From the human T2T-CHM13v2.0 reference genome, Homo sapiens, in NCBI RefSeq assembly GCF_009914755.1, contig NC_060930.1: 64,000 nt of DNA; one strand, 5' to 3'. Of the stretch, positions 1 to 12,759 are shown piece after piece. Below the pieces are notes generated by a model. That model had not been told where the DNA came from, ran no database searches, and worked only from the letters and a program-made list of their open reading frames with translations. The stretch's first letter is position 1; every line of letters starts with the position of its first letter. A program made the position numbers and the translations under genes.

Positions 1-160
1 AGAGTATCAGGTAAGGATTCTAAGTAAATCAAATATTTAATAACAATCCTTAGAAGTATATACTTCTCTGGTAACCGAGGATCTATTTCAGTGGAAAATT
101 AGTCATATTATTCCAAAATTGATTTCTTTGGTGTCATATATTGAAGGAATAAGTACACAC

Positions 161-278
161 CTGTTGGAAGATGAACTATCCGGACAGCACTGTCCGTGGT
201 ATTTACATGCTGCCCCCCAGCTCCACTGGCTCGCTTAGTGTCAATTCTCAAATCTTTCGGATTAATCACCAGATTAAT
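161..278 (-). CDS. MTRF1L: MTRF1L coding exon 5 ([40 protein letters not shown]), with the catalytic GGQ motif at 210-218
   Basis: Manual minus-strand translation; acceptor tag|ATT at 279/278, donor G|GTGTGT at 161/160; 118 nt, continues the frame of exon 4; GGQ is the class I release factor signature. Confidence 0.96.
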
Positions 279-1816
279 CTATACAGAAGAAAAGTTGGGA
301 TTTTAAAAGATTACATGTATCAACTTTATAAAGGCAAGAGCGACCCATTTATGAATATACAACATGTACAGAATTCATATATTTGGGAGGTTTAATTTTA
401 AGACTAGAGAGTAGCTAGAAGGATACCATTTTAAAACTTTTTTGCTTTTTGGAAGAGTAGGGAATCGAAATAGTACAGGACTGTACAGTTTTGAAAAACA
501 AATCCTTTCTAGTCCTCAAAAACCTGGCTTCCCTTTATCCATTTCTTACCACAGAAACAGCAGAACTTGATACTATTCTGCCTACTTTTAGAACTGAATG
601 TTTAAGGTTTTTTCAAATTTTTCTGAGTTTAAAGAGCCTAGCAGCAGGAAAAAAAAATGGTAGCGTGAGAACTGTGGGAAGGGTCTGTTTTGTTTTATTT
701 CAAACATATTTGGAGGCAAAGATGAGCCAAATGGAAATGGGAGTGGCCAAGAAGTCATGAGTCTCAATTCCTCAACACACTGGGATCTGAGGTCAAGGTA
801 ATGCTTTGTCCTAGGAGCCACCATCAAAAGCACTGTTTCATGAACAACTAAGAACCATTCTGTGACATCTCTGCAATGCTGACAGTAAGAATCCTACCAT
901 TCTCTGGGCCTTCTACCTCTATGTCTCCCTGTGTTGACTCCCTCTTATGGTTGCTAGAGGAATTAGATGATACATGGACCTCAGTCTCTCATCTTTTCCT
1001 GAAAACTTCCACCCCAAGATGGTTAAACATAAGTGACTAGGTTTCTAGATGTGGCTCCTGCCATTTATTCTACTTTACTCTCTCCCTTAACTGCTTAGTT
1101 TCTCACCTATGCTTCACACAAAAATTAGATCTAAAGAAACTAAGACCTAAAGAAAGGAACTCCATTAAACCTATTACAGAGCCAAATAGCACTTTTTCCC
1201 AAAATTAGCATAGGAACCACTAAGAGTTCCTTCTCAAAGCATTCACACTTCATTCTGAAAAACAAGTCAGATATCTGCTATCACTTTTCAGTAGAAGGGA
1301 AATGAGGCAAAACAGAACTCCTACACTAAGTTATCTTAAAAATATAGACTGAGAATTTGCTTTGTGAGAATAAAGTATACTCATTATGAACAGTATAACA
1401 ATATACTTTCATTTTAATGTAACTGGGTTATGAAGCAGCAATTCTGTTAAGTAATTACCTTTGTTAAATAGGATTGTTGCTGTTAATACCCCACAAACCA
1501 GTCACACAAGGCAGAAGTCATTATAAAGGCAACCAGTCCATATTTAAATAGGTTATTATTTCACCCACAGAGATGATCTCACAATAACTACTTATTAGGA
1601 AAATACTAATACACAGACAATGCAACATTGTATCATTTACAAATCCTTAATTTTTTAGCATTATAAAATTATATTTTTTAGACTGAGATAATATGCAACT
1701 CAAAATACACAAGGAAGACCAAATAGATACTCAATTCAGTAAACTCTGAATGTTAACTCTGGGGACAAGGCACTGTGCTAGGCCCGGGATTCCAAGGAGA
1801 GGGGCTTATGCCTTAC

Positions 1817-1980
1817 CTCAGTAGGCTGGGGTAATATTGCTACAGTCATGGTGCTAGTATGGACGCGGCCTTGCTTTTCTGTCTTTGGCACTCTTTGTAC
1901 TCTGTGAACACCTCCTTCAAATTTCATGTGCCTATAGGCTTCTGAACCCCCAATGCTGGCAGATGCATGTCTAAGGCCAC
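1817..1980 (-). CDS. MTRF1L: MTRF1L coding exon 4 ([11 protein letters not shown]...[19 protein letters not shown]...PTE), with the PxT (PKT) stop-codon recognition motif at 1880-1888
   Basis: ORF 1778..2125; acceptor aag|GT at 1981/1980, donor GAG|GTAAGG at 1817/1816; 164 nt; RF1-type [12 protein letters not shown] motif. Confidence 0.96.
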
Positions 1981-2439
1981 CTTGAAAATACAGGGAAATA
2001 GAATTATTTTTATTATTCCTGCCATTTATAAATAATTGACCATCACATCTACTATCTTGAGGTATATTTTTAAAGTCATAAAAGGAGATAAACATGGAGA
2101 CTGTAAAACATATTAAAATATTCAATGTTTTAATATTTATCTTTACTGCTTACAAGTACTAAACAAAGCATTTATGGGGCTAATCAGTTGACATCAGTAA
2201 CACATCTAAGACTACTTTTAAAGACTGTTAGCAATTTGATGGTTAGTATTATTGAAAGACTCTCCATTAGATTTTATAGGTCATCTCAAAATTACTGTAT
2301 GTGCATTCAAATTTATTAGGTAAATGATGAGCATAAAACTACATAAGCATCCTCACAGATAAGTTCTAAAGCCTAGTCATGGTCTTTCCAACTCTTTTCC
2401 TAAACACTTTACCTGAAACAAAATGAATAGTTTACTGAC

Positions 2440-2623
2440 CTAGTTCACTTGGAAAATATTCCAGGGTTTCAAAATGCCATCTTTTAAATGCAGCATATTG
2501 CTGATACATATCAAATATCTCTGATGTAAACAACATTGCCTCCTGACCTCCAACTCCTGCAGTTACTTCCAGGATCAAATCATTTTCATCTGTTTCTTCT
2601 GAGGGAACCAAAAGTAAGATAAT
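2440..2623 (-). CDS. MTRF1L: MTRF1L coding exon 3 ([32 protein letters not shown]...SELG)
   Basis: ORF 2432..2644; acceptor cag|ATT at 2624/2623, donor TAG|GTCAGT at 2440/2439; 184 nt; PCRF-domain LEV.AG.GG.EA motif. Confidence 0.96.
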
Positions 2624-4177
2624 CTGTAAATATAAAAATATCACCCCTCCTATAATTAAGATTTAAAATTTATCAAAAAATAAAAAGCTAAATGATTCAG
2701 GAATTTTAAATATTTAAGTTTCGCCAAGCAAATAATGTAATATTGCTGAGTACTGTTCAACCACCTTGCCAATTAGAACTGTATAATGTGTAACTTCCAT
2801 AAAGTATTAATGTTACAACCATATTATAAATGCTGTTAAGATTCAGCTAAAATTTCAGGCTTGTTTTATTGTCTGTTGGAGTTCTTGTATGCTTTGTATC
2901 AGTTCTCTCTTCAGTTAATAAGAACTAAGTACTTGCTCTGATTAGGAGATTATACTGTTGTGGAAAGCAAAAGAAGATTCTAGATCCATCCTCTTGAAAA
3001 TTAAGGCCTAGTATGGCAGAAAACCAAAAGCACTCAAAACTACATTTGTATTATTTTAAGATTTCTTATTATGGAAGAGAAACTTGTAATTTTGAAACTA
3101 AAAAGGCCCTTAGAGATTATCTGGTCCAATTCTTTAATTATACATGTAAAGGAAACAGAGCTTAACAGAGATTAAATGACTTGTTTAAGGGCAAAGTGTT
3201 AGTTACTGGCCAAGCAGGCACAAGAACACAAACCTTTGTGCCTAGATCAGTCTTCCCTCCATTACAATAGTGTGTTTCTAATCAAGGGGATCTAGAACAA
3301 ACACTTCTTAGATTAGGTCAATTAATAAGAAAAGCTACCAACATTTTATTGGTTCTTTAATATATGGCAGGCATTCTAAGCACTGTACATACTGTAATTC
3401 TTAAAACAATCTTGGGTAAGTATTATTAACAGTTCTACCTTAAGATGTGAAACTAATTTTACAGGGGTTGAATAATCTAGTGGCTCAACATTACCCAACT
3501 CAAAAGTTAAGTGGAAGAGCTAGAATTGAACCTGAATATACCTGAGTACACTGCTATCACACTTGACATTGGTCAGAAGCTATGCTAGTTACTACTTTTC
3601 CATCTCTCTAGCCTATGCCAATACAACATTATCATTCAAATTTTGAACAAATAATGGATTCTACTTCTGTTTGTTGATTACTAGACACTGAACAGAAACA
3701 TTTAATACACATATCCTTCTTATTCACACAAAATTTAATTTAGAAAATGGGTAAAATGCGAGCTATACTACACTTTTCACCTTATAGTGGAATTCTCCCC
3801 CTCTAACATAGGTTATAGGAACATTAATTTTTAGTAATTTTCACATTTGCCTAAAGGGGAAGCAGATTCTCAAAAATAAGTACCCCCTTTCCTGGCTCCT
3901 TCCTTACCTAACATATTCTTTCACTTATCCCCAACGGTAATTGCTGTCAACCTTTAGTCTCTGCTTTACAGAATTAGCAAAGAGTGGCTCTAATTTCATA
4001 TAATTATTCTTCATTAACTCTATATGTTCTGTAATTCACAAAGATGTACAACCAAAGCAATGTAATCCAATTCTTAAAATCGTGAGGGCTTACTCTAGGT
4101 CTGGTATTCCAAATAGTGTCAGAGATGCAAAATAAGTATTCCTGGCCCTGAGGAGCTCACAGTCTACTATCACTCTA

Positions 4178-5421
4178 ACAGGGGACTTCAAGAAGTTGTA
4201 TTTCAAAGTTATTTTGTAACAAAATAAACTCGTGCTAACTTGTTATAACAAGTCACAGGCTCTAGTTTGAGGTACTAAAAAGGGTATCAGTTTGCAAAGA
4301 GCCCCATCAGAGCAATATGAACTCTGTTAAATTGAAGCAAGAACAAACATTAAATTGCTGGTGAAGCTTGGGTGGAAGAATGGTGAAATCATTGATGCTT
4401 TATGAAAAGTTTATGGGGATGATGCCCTGAAGAAATCAGCAGTTTACAAATGGATAACTCATTTTAAGTAGAGACAAGATGATGTTGAAGAAGAAGTCCA
4501 CAGTGGCAGACCATCTGCATCAATTTGTGAGGAAAAAAATTATCTTATTCATGCCCTAATTGAAGAAGACTGATGATTAACAGAAGAAACAATAGTCAAA
4601 CCACAGACATCTCAACTGGTTCAGCTTATAAAATTCTGACAAAAAAATTAAAGGTGAGCAAACTTTCCACTGGATGGGTGCCAGAACCTTTGCATGCAGA
4701 TCAGCTGGAGGCAAGAGCAGAGCTTTCAATAGAAATTTTAAACAAATTGGATCAAGATCCTAAAGCATTTCTTTGAATTATAACCAGAAGTGAAACATGG
4801 CTTTACCAGTATGATCCTGGAGACAAAGTACAATCAAAACAATGGCCACCAAGAGGTGGAAGGGGTCGAGTCAAAGCAAAAGCAGACTGGCTAGGGGCAA
4901 AAGTCATGGCAATAGTCTTTTTGGGGATTCTCAAGGCACCTTGCTTATTGACATTCTAGGGGCCAAAGAACAGTATCTGCTTACTATGAGGGTTTTGAGA
5001 AAGCCAGAGTTTTAGCAAAATACCAGGGACAGCTTCACCAGAGTCCTCTCCTACACCAGTGCTCCTGCTCATTCCTCTCATCAAACAGGCAATTTTGAGA
5101 GCTTCAATGGGAAATCCATAGGCACTCATGTTACAGTCCTTATTTGGCTCCTCCTTTTTTTTGTTTCCTGATCTTAAAAACTTTGTAAAGGGTACCCATT
5201 GTTCTTTAGTTAATAATATAAAAAAGACTACATTGACATGGTTAAATTCCCAGGACCCTCAGTTCTTTAGGGATGCATTAAATGCTGGTATATCACCTTT
5301 TTGCTTACCAAAGTGTCTTGAACTTGATAGCTGGTGGCACTTATGTCAATAAATTAAAGTTTATATATATATTTTTTTATCTTTTAATTCCAGTTTTCCA
5401 CAAACTTTTGAAGTCCTTTCA
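4178..5421 (+). mobile_element. Near full-length Hsmar2 mariner DNA transposon with a decayed transposase (MTRF1L intron 2)
   Basis: Degenerate TIRs (ggggacttcaagaagtt ... aaacttttgaagtcctttc) flanked by TA; ORF fragments with the WVPEPL motif and FFLFPDLK...WLNSQDPQFF; many stops and frameshifts. Confidence 0.9.
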
Positions 5422-5853
5422 TATAACCTCTTCTGCCCCATGTCTACCTCCAGTCTTCTTAAAAAAAAAAAAAAAAAAAAAGGGAAGATATGCCACTATT
5501 TCGCTGCCTTTCCAGAAAATACTATCACTGTGACATTTATCTTTCTGTGAGAGCGCTACAGTACTTTTAGTATGATGAAAACAGGACCATGTGAAGTTTG
5601 TTCTTTAAAAACCAGTTTATTGATAGTCATAATCATTTCAAAATGTATGCATATATCAAAACATCACATCATATACCTTAAATATATGCAATTTTGGGGG
5701 TCAATTTATACCTCAATAAATCTAGAAAATAAATTTAAAAAACCCAGTTTATTCTAAACAGTAACAAGCTAGTCACTTGTTTTTATAAACCTTTAATAAA
5801 CTTTAATGCCTAAGAATAGCACAAATGCTTTATTCTTTGCAGAAATACCATAC

Positions 5854-5933
5854 CTGATGCTTCAGCTGAGTTATTTCTTTTTGACACAAAGTGATTTCAT
5901 TCTCTGCAAGTTTCCTTAAATCTTCATTCTCAT
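5854..5933 (-). CDS. MTRF1L: MTRF1L coding exon 2 ([27 protein letters not shown])
   Basis: Manual translation; acceptor tag|AT at 5934/5933, donor CAG|GTATGG at 5854/5853; 80 nt, and 259+80=339 restores phase 0. Confidence 0.95.
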
Positions 5934-6813
5934 CTAGGAAAAAAAGGGCAGAAGTTAAGGTTTTCCTTAATTAGTGTTAAATTGCTAGCAGACTTCTAGG
6001 AAATAGTTTTATGGTTATTATAGCTGAAGGGAAAAATAAAATGTATATCTTGTCCTTTCAATAAATACCATTCAATAAATGCCTTTCAATAAATGTCCTT
6101 TCAATCAATTTCACCATTTTATACATTAGTTTTCATAAGCATGTAAGTATAAAATTTTTTTTCTGATAAAGTACAAGTACAAATTTCTATAAAAATATAA
6201 AGAAGCTAAACTCTTCCATAATTTCATCTCCATGAAATATTCACCTTAATAAATATGCTTTTAGACTTCCAACTTAGACTGTATAATAACGAATGCATTT
6301 AGCTAATAAGACAGAAGGGATACAGAAGGTTACACCAGTAAAACTAAAATTCAATTAAAAAGTAGAAATTTATTCTCTTATAAGCAAATGTTTCATTAGT
6401 ATTTTAGTATCCACCCAAAAACATTTATTAGATTCTGCCTAATGTATACAGAATGTTTATACGAAGTACTCCTCTGTCTCTCTCTCTGGCTTTACCTTTA
6501 TTGTTGTTTCATCTTTGAATTTTCATTTTTACCTTATAAAACATACTTTCTCATTCCTCTACCCTATAGATGATATGCAGCATATATAAAGGAGGAAAGG
6601 GAAAATTTCTGGCTATTAACAAATTGTTCTCTCTATTGAAAGTTCAAACCCTTACAAAGCATCAGTTTGTATGCTTATCTATTAAGAAACAACCATGCTG
6701 GGAAGTGGGATAATACATATATAAGACCTGCCCTCAAGAGAGCATTATAGATAATTTTAGTTTCCTTATATTTTTCTAGAAGAGAAAAACAAAAAATAAC
6801 CTAAACCCTTATG

Positions 6814-7171
6814 TGACATGGTTTGGCTGTGTCCCCACCCAAATCTCATTTTGATTTGTAGCTCCCACAATTCCCACCTGTTGTGGGAGGGACCCAGTGA
6901 GAGGTAACTGAATCATGGGGGCAGATATTTCCTGTGCTGTTCTCATGATAGTGAATAAGTCTTACAAGATCTGATGGTTTTATAAAGAAGAGTTCCCCTG
7001 CACAAGTTATCTCTCTTGTCTGCTGCCATGTAAGACGTGCCTTTTGCCTTCCACCATGATTGGGAGGCCTCCCCAGCCACGTGGAACTGTTAGTCTATTA
7101 AACCTCTTTTTCTTAAAAATTACCCCGTCTTGGGTATGTTTTTATCAGCAGTGTGAAAACAGACTAATACA
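6814..7171 (+). mobile_element. THE1-family solo LTR (ERVL-MaLR)
   Basis: TG...CA ends, tgacatggtttggctgtgtccccacccaaatctc start, gactaataca end, ttatg/ctatg 5-bp TSD. Confidence 0.9.
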
Positions 7172-7544
7172 CTATGTGATTAAATATTAAAACAGTTGTG
7201 CCTTGAAGGAATCTGTTGGTTTTGGAATGGGCAGAAAAAGGAAAAAAAGATTAACTCAAGGAGAGAGAATAACAACAGCAAAACTGAGATAAGCAAGTAC
7301 AGGAAGCACTGCTGAAAATTATTTTGGCAAGCATATGGTATGGAAGAAATTTGGTAGAATGGAAAATGTGTTAGGAAAAGCAAAAATGAATTCTAGCCCT
7401 AGCTTAATCGCTAAGGTACTGTTAGGGCAATAGGCTCAACTTCTTTCAGTTATGACAAGAATGAAATGAAAGTTCTGAGCTGGATAATCTCTAAGGTGCC
7501 TTTCAGTTCTGCAAAGCTAAGGAGATTGGAACTAGAGTCTAGAA

Positions 7545-7745
7545 GTAATTTAATTTTAATACTATATTTTATTTAACCCAATATGCTCCAAATATTATTT
7601 CAACATGTAATTAACATAAACATATTACTTTTTATACCAGGTGTTTGAAACCTATATGTATTTTACACTTACACACCTCAATTCAGACTAGCCACAAATT
7701 GCTCAACAGCTGTGTGGCTACTGGCTACTATATTGGACAGTGCAG
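7545..7745 (+). mobile_element. MER33-like hAT-Charlie fragment
   Basis: tatattttatttaacccaata ... gtggctactggctactatattggacagtgcag terminus. Confidence 0.65.
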
Positions 7746-7983
7746 CTCTAAAGGGTTTAGAATTAGGAGTTACTCACAGGCAATGGTAATATACTACTTC
7801 TTTAATTTCTCTTGAATATTATAAATCAACATATGTTTACTGGACACCTACCATGTGCCTGCCTTCCCCTTTGCCTATAAAGATGTTTATGGTTTCCCAT
7901 TCTAAATGGGTCCTTTTCTTTTCAACCCTTTAAGTAGCTGCTTATTGTCACCCCTCTTTTCCCACCCAGATTTCTGGAGATAA

Positions 7984-8470
<487 letters not shown>

Positions 8471-8479
8471 AAGGATCTC

Positions 8480-9300
8480 TTACTTCTTGAAATTTTCTAT
8501 TGGCTTCTACAGCTTCATTTATTTATCTACTTCAGGGTCACAAAGCTCTGGCTGTTTTTTTCTTGACCTTTTATAGCCTTCTTCTCTGCCTGCTCCTCAA
8601 ATACTGTGTATTTCTGGCCTTGTTAGACTTGTTTCTATCTTAACACATTTTCCCTGAGTGTTCTCATCTACTTCTAAGGTTTAATTTACCACGTACTGTA
8701 TATCTCGAGAGCTCTCATATGATTATTTGGGCTCAATTTTTCTCCTATGTCAGTAATTTTTTCTCCTAGACTAGTACAGATATCTTTATTGGAATTCCTT
8801 TTCACAGGTATTTTTAACTTAATATGGCATTCAATGCAAAACTCATCTTTTTAAAAAATTCGGTCCAACTTTTATACTTTCATCTTAATTAACAGTACCA
8901 CTCGTGCTGAAGCCAGAAACCTAAGACTTTTCTTAGAACTAACTCTCTCCCTCATCCTTCTCAGGGCATAAGCCACTAAATCCTAACTTGTTTCTCAAAA
9001 TGTTTTGTGAGTCAGAACTATGCCTATCACCATTTCTTCTTTGGATTGTTTCAACTGCCTCCTCCCTGGCCTGTCAGCCACCAGCGTTTCTGGAGAATAC
9101 TCCAATTTATCCTCAGCGCATGCCACCATTAACTTTTCTTTACAAAGACGTGAATTCTCTGCTTAAAAACATTTGCTAACTTTCCATGGTCTATAAAAAA
9201 TAAATCCAAATTCTTTGTCTTGCAAGGTTCTTAACTATTTTTCTGGCTTCATGTTTCTATGACATCATCTCCCACCTATTCTATACTTAGGCCATACTGA
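8480..9300. mobile_element. Degraded L2 LINE-like sequence
   Basis: Pyrimidine-rich sequence with L2 3'-region-like motifs (aagccagaaaccta, ctctgcttaaaa); boundaries approximate. Confidence 0.5.
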
Positions 9301-9689
9301 ATTTCCCAATTTAGTACCTTTACCCACGTATAGGTCTGAGATTCTGAGTCCTAAGTCTGCTATTAACAAGCACTGCCCTGATACTACTGCAAATGGGTCT
9401 CCACACCACACTTTGAGAAACACCGCTGTGGAGCCCATCACAGGGACAGTGCCTTATTTATCCTTGCTGAGCTAATGAGCTCTTGCCCGAGTCCACAACT
9501 AATAAGCATGTAAAAGGCGGCAGAGCGCCGTGGCAAAGGAGCACAAGAGAGCCCACAGGAGAGGATGGGATCACAGCACGTAATGATGTCCTGACCTCTG
9601 ATCCAAAATAAAAACGGCTGCAAGTGAGTAAAGAGTTTCAAACTCGGGTAGTGTGGGCAGTGGAAAAGTCAAACGAAGAGTCAAGAATG

Positions 9690-10520
9690 TGCTCTGACGC
9701 CTCTCCCCCGGGCCCGACCCTTACCGTGCAGCAAGTGCTCAGTCTCCCGCAGCTCCTGCTCCTTCTCGTTCAGCAGTTTGATCACCGCCAGCAACTCGGG
9801 CCTCCTGACCTTCAAATGGGCTTCAGACCCCGCCTGGCGCTCGAGGAAGGTCCGCAAGGGCCCGCCCCGGGCGAACAGCTCCTCCAGCGGCGGGCTACCG
9901 GAGCTCAGGGGCCGGCGGGCTGGGCCAACGGCCCGGCGGGGCCAGAGCCACCGGGCAGCGCCCCACAGAACCCGGGACCGCATCCTTAGTCCGAGATCGC
10001 GGACCCTGACCGGAACCGGAAGTTCCGGACACAGCAGCCCTCGCGACAACACCCAGAACTTGGAGATAAGGGTGAGAGCGCACCAAGCCCCGCCCAGCGC
10101 AAGCGTTGCTTTTTAAAGGATTTTCCGGAAGCCTTGGCGGGAACTTCCTGCCAAGCGTGAGAACGCTGCGAACTTCCCGGAGGCCAAAAGTTGAGGGGGC
10201 TGAGCGGAGCGTGATTGGGGAGGGGCGGGCCTGGGAGACCTTGGGCGCCTCCTCTGAAAGCCTCTTGGTAGGTATCCGGTTGATGGGTGACGTGTTTGGC
10301 CGGAAAGGGAGAGCAGCAAATTGCCCCTCTGTTTTCTGATAGTGAGGATTTCTTTCCCATGCACTGAGTCGGGGCCTCCAGAGCCGCAGTGCAGGGCAGT
10401 CGAGGGTCCGCTGCAGGGCGGAGGTCACAGCCGCGCAAGTCGTCAGTCTCCGGTGCAGGGCTGCCGCTGAGTCTTCAAGAGCGAGTTTTATTATGGACAG
10501 GCGTGTGTTTATTCCTCCTC
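9690..10520 (-). promoter_or_regulatory. CpG island / TATA-less promoter of MTRF1L with clustered ETS (GABPA/NRF-2-type) sites, GC boxes and a CCAAT box
   Basis: High GC and CpG density against an AT-rich background; CCGGAA-CCGGAAGT-TCCGG at 10010-10028, TTCCGGAA 10123-10130, ACTTCCTG 10143-10150, GC boxes 10087-10095 and 10222-10230, ATTGG 10214-10218. Confidence 0.85.
9725..9983 (-). CDS. MTRF1L: MTRF1L coding exon 1, with an Arg-rich mitochondrial targeting-like N-terminus ([24 protein letters not shown]...)
   Basis: ATG at 9983-9981 inside ORF 9681..10052; donor G|GTAAGG at 9725/9724; 259 nt. Confidence 0.96.
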
Positions 10521-11771
10521 CTTTTTTCCTGCTTATGTTTCTCTTGTCCACGGTGGGTGAGGTTCGTGGTAATAAGGACTTGATAAGTGTATTATGAGAT
10601 AACCACTGAATGAATTTGCACAATAGACGTGCGTGCCCTTCATCTGCCGCGTCATTTACTTGCTTTCAAAGGACTTTATTATTCACCTGCCCATTCATTT
10701 TCACTTAGTCCCACTTATCGTCAGCTTTTTAAAGAGGTGGAGTGATTCCGTGTTACAGCAACCTACAGCCCAACAAAGCCTTCAGATATCTGCCTCCAGG
10801 AGTCCAACCCTCATCCCTTTCCAAAGAACTGGTAGCGGATAGGTGCCAGCAATACCGACATTTATTGGCACAATGCTTTGCACTTTTCAAAAGACCTGTT
10901 CACAGCTCAACGGAGAAATAAATATGAGGGAATAAACACAACCAAGACAGTCCTGGGAATGCAAGGGCTAAACGCTCAATCTGAGAACTGCCACTACCTA
11001 ACTGGTTTGGGCAGCGTCTACTAAGTGGTATTTCACTGTTGAGAGAGGTGATATATTAGAAGTACGAAACTTCTAATTTATTCATAAAAAATAAAATGGT
11101 AAAAAATGGGAACCCTTATCAAGGTTAAAATATCCTTAGGTCATCTAATCGAAACTGTTAAGTATAAACATTCTTAGAAAATAACGTTTGCATTGCCTCT
11201 CTCTTTTCATCTCTTAGCACGATAACAAATGCAGAGTGAGTGGAAGAATGAAATGACTCTTCAAACATCAGGAAGCAAAAATAGTTTTTTGCTACTTAAA
11301 GGCTCCACCTAATTATCTCAGTTCTTTTCACTTTGTGTATTCAAGCTACACAACTTTATACAATCGTTCTGCTGTTGAAACCCATTTTATTTTAATCCTG
11401 ATCTGAGGATAGAACAGGACTGATCAGGATGTTTTTATCTCTATTAGAACAATTGTTTCCCAAGTCTGAACTTAACTTTGAATTTATCTTAACCATGGAA
11501 ATGGTGAGAATCACTTGAACTCAACATGGTATATCTCTCAGTTGAGTTCTCAGAACATAAGTCATTTCAACAATATATTTTATTATTTATAAAAGGTGAA
11601 ACATTTTAATAATTAAAACCTTATAGAACAATGTAAAGAATCTAGCCAGAATTTTATTTTCCCCCAAGTGCATAAGCAATTTAAGTAACACATAGAAGTG
11701 TACCTTTTATTCCTATAGTGTTATATACCAATGAGGAAACAGTAACTTTCTAAGGATACATTGTTGAATTC

Positions 11772-11777
11772 TTTATT
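11772..11777 (-). terminator. Probable distal polyadenylation signal (AATAAA on the minus strand) of RGS17; cleavage near 11755-11760
   Basis: TTTATT on + at 11772-11777, with a second at 11706-11711; agrees with my recollection that RGS17 has a ~7 kb 3' UTR ending just upstream of MTRF1L. Confidence 0.55.
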
Positions 11778-12759
11778 AATTCAAAACATTTTAAGAAAGT
11801 CAGTGTAATGCATATGCATTTTACAATAACATCCATAGGTTTCCACAATCTAGTAAAATGAAAACAGCTGTATTTTGATTTACTTTGAAAACTCAAACCT
11901 ATAGTTCGAGACTTCTGAATATTTTTACATTACTGTCATGCTCAAATTCTGTTACATGGTGAAAATTCTAGCATTTTCCAGAAGTATATTATTGTACATA
12001 GGTAAAATGATAAAATTGATTCTAGGAAGGGGGAAAAAAAAACCCAGAAAAACTTAAATTGGAGGAAACATAATCTGGATTATCTATTCAATTTGTGAAT
12101 ACCCACCGTTATTCTGGCATTGCAAAATAACCAAGTGTGGTGCCTCTTAAGTTGCATTCATGCATTCAAAACTTCTTTATTGTCCACTGATAAATATTGG
12201 TGGAGTACAATATATGGATATAGATTAAGTGTGATGAACATGGTAGTAAAAAATTATACACATTCGATATGTAATTTTACAAAACCAAACACATTGAATT
12301 CTTTTTAATATTTAGCAAACATTTAAAAATCATATACAAGAAAGGTGTTTATGACAAATCGGTTAAAGCTAGCGGGAAATAGGTCTTTTACATTATTTCA
12401 ATATTCAGTGTTCATTGATTAGTGGAGGGCAATATAAAAATGCAATAAGCAAAATGGTTAGTTTAAATTTAAATTACCTCTTATGACAATTAGTAAGATA
12501 AGATCTTTAATATCCAAAGTATGTGGAGGATTATTGTAAATTGCGCAGACAGTTCAAGGGAAAAATTCACTTTCACCTCTATTAGGTGAATATTCAGGCT
12601 AAGACTTCTGGAGTTTTATTTTTCCACTTCACTGTATTTTCTTTATAGCATTTATTAGTAATCACTTAGTGGAACCTAATATTAGTGTTTAGAATTTGTT
12701 TAGCTCAGTGTAAATGTCCAGAAAATTTACCTTCAATATAATCTCTTTAAAAACGCATT

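Noticed and set aside
171-395. 74-aa plus-strand ORF over MTRF1L exon 5
   Set aside because: Antisense shadow of the real exon, with no independent support
7068-7080. PRDM9 hotspot motif in the THE1 LTR
   Set aside because: The sequence is CCTCCCCAGCCAC, which lacks the T at position 7 of CCNCCNTNNCCNC
9984-10052. Apparent 23-aa N-terminal extension of MTRF1L from a GTG start
   Set aside because: It overlaps the ETS core promoter and probably begins upstream of the TSS; the ATG at 9983 gives a typical presequence
9895-10623. 242-aa minus-strand ORF and several overlapping ORFs across the MTRF1L promoter
   Set aside because: Stop-poor GC-rich CpG island, no recognisable domain, and ORFs in many frames; expected by chance
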